Origin: an uncultured Candidatus Saccharibacteria bacterium
Lineage (GTDB): Bacteria; Patescibacteriota; Minisyncoccia; Phycocordibacterales; DATDWN01
Direction: 5' to 3'
Assembly (NCBI GenBank): GCA_964552275.1
Contig: CAZKFS010000001.1
Location: 1-35,433, forward strand
Length of the DNA stretch: 35,433 nucleotides
Positions 32,473-35,433 of the stretch are shown here, piece by piece. The notes beneath the pieces were generated by a model. The model saw only the letters and a list, made by a program, of their open reading frames with translations, was not told the origin of the DNA and made no database searches. Made by a program: the position numbers and the translations under genes. Position 1 is the stretch's first letter; each line of letters starts with the position of its first letter.

Positions 32473-32494
32473 ATTTTTGTTACCATGCAAAGTG
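32439..32494 (-). terminator. perfect 26-bp hairpin incorporating the last four codons and the stop codon of rpsG
   Basis: cactttgcatggtaacaaaaatcccc - tttc - ggggatttttgttaccatgcaaagtg. On the RNA the loop is GAAA. Confidence 0.7.
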
Positions 32495-32956
32495 AGCGAA
32501 GGCCTTGTTTGCCTCAGCCATCTTGTGAGTATCCTCTCTTTTCTTTACTGCCTTACCCTCGTTTTTAGCTGCTAGGATGATTTCATCTGCAAGTCTAGAA
32601 GCCATAGGAGCGCCTTTGCCTTCTCTGGCAGCCTCAATAATCCACTTCATAGACAAGAAAGATCTTCTCTCTGGTCTAACCTCTCTAGGAATCTGATAGT
32701 TAGCACCTCCAACTCTTCGTGATCGAACTTCTGTAATAGGACCTGTATTTTTCATCGCAGTATCGAAAACCTCCATTGGATCTACTACCGTAGCTCCGCC
32801 TTTTGTCTTAATGATCTCAAGGGCCTCATAAACAATACCTCTAGCTGTCTCCTTTTGACCACGTAGCATTACGTAGTTAATAAATTTACCAATCTTCTCT
32901 GAGTTGAAGACATGATCTGGACCTACTATGTTTCTGTTAGTTACTTTTCTTCGCAT
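32480..32956 (-). CDS. rpsG: 30S ribosomal protein S7
   Basis: MRRKVTNRNIVGPD..., KFINYVMLRGQKETA. Confidence 0.95.
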   Translation of the reverse strand: MRRKVTNRNIVGPDHVFNSEKIGKFINYVMLRGQKETARGIVYEALEIIKTKGGATVVDPMEVFDTAMKNTGPITEVRSRRVGGANYQIPREVRPERRSFLSMKWIIEAAREGKGAPMASRLADEIILAAKNEGKAVKKREDTHKMAEANKAFAHFAW

Positions 32957-33035
32957 TTGTTTTTATTCTTTATTCTAAATTATGATTTCCTTTGCCTGAG
33001 GACTACCTCATGCATAAGTGTTCGCTTACGCTCCC

Positions 33036-33452
33036 TTACTTACCTGCCTTAGGACGCTTTGCTCCGTATCTTGATCTACCCTTCATTCTCTTCTCCACTC
33101 CAGTAGCATCGAGCATACCTCTAACGACTGTATATCTAACTCCAACGTCCTTTACCTTACCCCCTCGAAGCAATACCACTGAGTGCTCCTGAAGGTTGTG
33201 TCCCATTCCTGGAATATAAGCTGTTACCTCTAGACCGTTTGTAAGACGAACACGAGCAATCTTTCGAATAGCTGAGTTAGGCTTCTTTGGAGTCTTTGTT
33301 GTAACCTTTGTACAAACCCCTCTTTTGAACGGAGCTGGGTAAAGTACAGGTCTGTTAGTAAGAGTATTGAATCCACGAGTAAGAGCCACAGCTTTAGGCT
33401 TTGTTTTTATACTCTTTCGCTTTCGTCTTATTAACTGATTGATTGTTGACAT
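33036..33452 (-). CDS. rpsL: 30S ribosomal protein S12
   Basis: I chose the start at [14 protein letters not shown] (ATG 33450-33452). [15 protein letters not shown] motif. Confidence 0.95.
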   Translation of the reverse strand: MSTINQLIRRKRKSIKTKPKAVALTRGFNTLTNRPVLYPAPFKRGVCTKVTTKTPKKPNSAIRKIARVRLTNGLEVTAYIPGMGHNLQEHSVVLLRGGKVKDVGVRYTVVRGMLDATGVEKRMKGRSRYGAKRPKAGK

Positions 33453-33515
33453 TGCAGGGTTTACTCTAATATATCTTATTAAAAAACACAAGTGACTGAC
33501 TCATAGTAACAAAAA

Positions 33516-34121
33516 TTATCTCAGCAAGCCTGTTATTAGGTCAAACTCTATGTATACCAAAGGAACTATATACTGCCAGAGGAAAAAGATGAAAAACAAT
33601 AACAAGAAGAAGCCGTTTCTTTCTAGAAAATCCCTCGTACCAGATAAACTATTTGGAAATACAGAAAACAGGATTTTTGAACCATCTAGAGGTGGTATTG
33701 GGATGAGATTAAACGTAGCTAGAACCAGATTGATCAATACTATATATATGAAAGACTCAGCTAGTGACACAAACAAACCAAATCTGAGCATCAAACCAAA
33801 AACTACAGCTATAAATATGTTGGATAGTGGTCCAGCTAGGGCAACCATCGCCTCTCCCCACCTCTGATTCCGGAGATTATATGGATTAAATGGAACAGGT
33901 TTAGCCCAACCTATTATCATAGGAGAACCGGATATAAAAAGCAGCCCGGGTATAACAATAGATCCCATCAAATCAATATGGGGCATTGGATTTAAGGTGA
34001 GTCTTCCAGAAAACTTGGCTGTATTGTCCCCTTGCAGATAAGCCGCATAGCCATGTGAAACCTCATGGATTATGACCGAAAAAATGAAAATTATTATGTT
34101 AAAAATGAAATCTATTTGCAT
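33516..34121 (-). CDS. M50-family (site-2 protease-like) membrane metalloprotease
   Basis: HEVSHGY HExxH motif inside a TM helix, NLIPIPPLDGSK motif, multiple TM segments. Confidence 0.8.
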   Translation of the reverse strand: MQIDFIFNIIIFIFSVIIHEVSHGYAAYLQGDNTAKFSGRLTLNPMPHIDLMGSIVIPGLLFISGSPMIIGWAKPVPFNPYNLRNQRWGEAMVALAGPLSNIFIAVVFGLMLRFGLFVSLAESFIYIVLINLVLATFNLIPIPPLDGSKILFSVFPNSLSGTRDFLERNGFFLLLFFIFFLWQYIVPLVYIEFDLITGLLR

Positions 34122-34162
34122 ATTATTGCTTTTATGTTAACATAACCAAGCAATAAAAACAT

Positions 34163-34405
34163 ATGGCAAAGACATGCGAAATTACAGGTAAATCATCTCA
34201 AATGGGGGGCGGATACTCTAACCGAACTCGTGCGACTCAGTTCAACCCAATTGGCATGAAGAGAAGATATGTAAATCTCCAAAAAAAGAGAATCTATATT
34301 CCTGAACTTAAAAAATCAGTGACTCTAACTCTTTCTACAGACGCAATCAAAACTATTCAAAAGAACGGGGCGTACGCCACCCTCAAAAAAGCCGGATTGA
34401 TATAA
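34163..34405 (+). CDS. rpmB: 50S ribosomal protein L28
   Basis: MAKTCEITGKSSQMGGGYSNRTRAT...; 80 aa. Confidence 0.9.
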   Translation: MAKTCEITGKSSQMGGGYSNRTRATQFNPIGMKRRYVNLQKKRIYIPELKKSVTLTLSTDAIKTIQKNGAYATLKKAGLI

Positions 34406-34409
34406 GTTT

Positions 34410-34435
34410 AAAAAACCACCAAATGGTGGTTTTTT
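34410..34435. terminator. bidirectional terminator aaaaaaccacc-aaat-ggtggtttttt between convergent genes
   Basis: It sits between the rpmB stop and overlaps the stop codon of the ComEC-like gene. Confidence 0.75.
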
Positions 34436-35342
34436 AAGTTTTACAACCAACTACAGCTTCTTTAAGATTTTCATTTTTCAAAACAAACTCTTTGCCATCA
34501 GACTGAAAGACTATCCTGCCATTGTTACAAGTATTTATAGTTTTAATTTTTAACTTCTCCATTGTATCCAAAACCTCTTTGTGCGGATGACCATAACTGT
34601 TGTTTTGACCAGAAGAAACAACTGTCCATTTTGGAGAAACTTTTGAAACATACTCTTCTACACTACTAGTACGAGAACCATGGTGTCCGGCTTTCAAAAT
34701 ATCACTTTTCAAATAATCTCCGTCTATCTCCAGCAAATACTGTTCTATGTTTGATATAGAATCTCCTTGCAGGAGAACACTAGTATCTCCATATACAAGT
34801 TTCATAACTATTGACCCTGCGTTAGAACTAACTTCTGAAACATTTCTATCTGGAAAAAGTATCTGCAGATATGCTCCCCCACCCAAATCAATCACCTGAC
34901 CTCGTCTAGCTAGAATTTTGGTGATTTTCTTATCAACTATCTCTTTTTGAAAAACATCATAAGCAGAGTTGTCATTTATTGTTCCAGGTTCAAGTACCAC
35001 ATCAGTAGAATATTTTTTCATAAAAGGAATAAAACCTTCGTAGTGATCTCTGTCTGGGTTTGTCACAACAATCATATCTACATGTCTGTCATACCAAGGC
35101 AAGACTTGTGAAATTTCCTTCATCAAATTTTTATTTGGACCACCATCTATCAAAACCTGCACACCCGTTGGCGACTCAATAAAAAGCGAGTCTCCTTGTC
35201 CAATATCAAGCACAGCAAAAGTAAGTAGATTGCCTCGATTTTCATGAAAAACAACTGACCAAATAACACAGCTGACCATAATAAGAAACAACAATATATA
35301 CCAACGTAAATAAGTCCTCACATGGGAGAAAAACCTCTGCAT
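34434..35342 (-). CDS. ComEC/Rec2-type metallo-beta-lactamase domain protein with an N-terminal TM anchor
   Basis: I chose the start at MQRFFSHVRTYLRWYILLFLIMVSCVIWSV (ATG 35340-35342). LDIGQGDSLFIE, VVTNPDRDHYEG, AGHHGSRTS, SYGHPH motifs. The multi-TM ComEC channel domain is absent. Confidence 0.7.
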   Translation of the reverse strand: MQRFFSHVRTYLRWYILLFLIMVSCVIWSVVFHENRGNLLTFAVLDIGQGDSLFIESPTGVQVLIDGGPNKNLMKEISQVLPWYDRHVDMIVVTNPDRDHYEGFIPFMKKYSTDVVLEPGTINDNSAYDVFQKEIVDKKITKILARRGQVIDLGGGAYLQILFPDRNVSEVSSNAGSIVMKLVYGDTSVLLQGDSISNIEQYLLEIDGDYLKSDILKAGHHGSRTSSVEEYVSKVSPKWTVVSSGQNNSYGHPHKEVLDTMEKLKIKTINTCNNGRIVFQSDGKEFVLKNENLKEAVVGCKT

Positions 35343-35433
35343 ATGGTATATTATACATATTAGAACTTTGAAAATCTCTTTCTCCTCATAACTTTTCTGG
35401 AGCACGGATATTTTTCTGCTGAAAAATTCCTCG

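Noticed and set aside
32345-32575. Plus-strand 76-aa ORF across the rpsG 3' repeats.
   Set aside because: It is produced by the duplicated hairpin arms and overlaps the rpsG end. It has no start context and a repetitive translation (MVTKIPF twice).
1-35433. I scanned for rRNA, tRNA (GTTCGAATC-type T-arm), tmRNA, CRISPR arrays, and transposase or integrase genes.
   Set aside because: I found nothing convincing. The gttcgaa strings at 18799-18808 and 22104-22115 belong to a terminator stem and an intergenic repeat, not to tRNA T-arms.

Overview
The window is AT-rich (about one third G+C in the lines I counted). Almost everything is coded on the minus strand. The core is a contiguous str-S10-spc ribosomal gene array. 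In transcription order, from high to low coordinates: rpsL-rpsG-[913-aa P-loop ATPase]-fusA-[756-aa + 99-aa hypotheticals]-tuf-rpsJ-rplC-rplD-rplW-rplB-rpsS-rplV-rpsC-rplP-rpmC-rpsQ-rplN-rplX-rplE-rpsN-rpsH-rplF-rplR-rpsE-rplO-secY-adk-map-ndk. Downstream of that come a beta-CASP metallo-beta-lactamase RNase, a small membrane protein and three secreted cohesin/dockerin/FN3 surface proteins. The right edge carries an M50 protease, rpmB (+) and a ComEC-type MBL protein. No L30 gene lies between S5 and L15, native genes lack Shine-Dalgarno motifs, and many r-proteins have Lys-rich extensions. Together these point to a Candidate Phyla Radiation (Patescibacteria)-like organism; this is inference. 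The most unusual thing I see is that this normally compact array is interrupted at five gene junctions by compositionally foreign, G+C-richer segments. Each has its own expression signals:
- a PD-(D/E)XK-like ORF at 9242-9892 (+)
- an orphan 120-aa ORF at 14213-14575 (-)
- an ORF-free structured RNA candidate at 18521-18748 (-)
- a GC3-rich secreted 119-aa ORF at 21611-21970 (-)
- a 66-aa two-TM peptide at 22726-22926 (+)
Three of these junctions are followed by copies of one reused promoter module that would restart the downstream r-protein genes. The intergenic regions also hold several repeat families: about 120-nt 3' elements after rpsN and rpsJ, a palindromic motif abutting four stop codons, and a perfect 43-nt duplication plus a 26-bp hairpin built from the rpsG 3' end. 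Other items are a riboswitch-like leader at about 6800-6971 and a cohesin-dockerin anchor/adaptor/cargo gene trio. I found no rRNA, tRNA, CRISPR array or transposase. All homology calls are motif recognition by eye; no searches were run.
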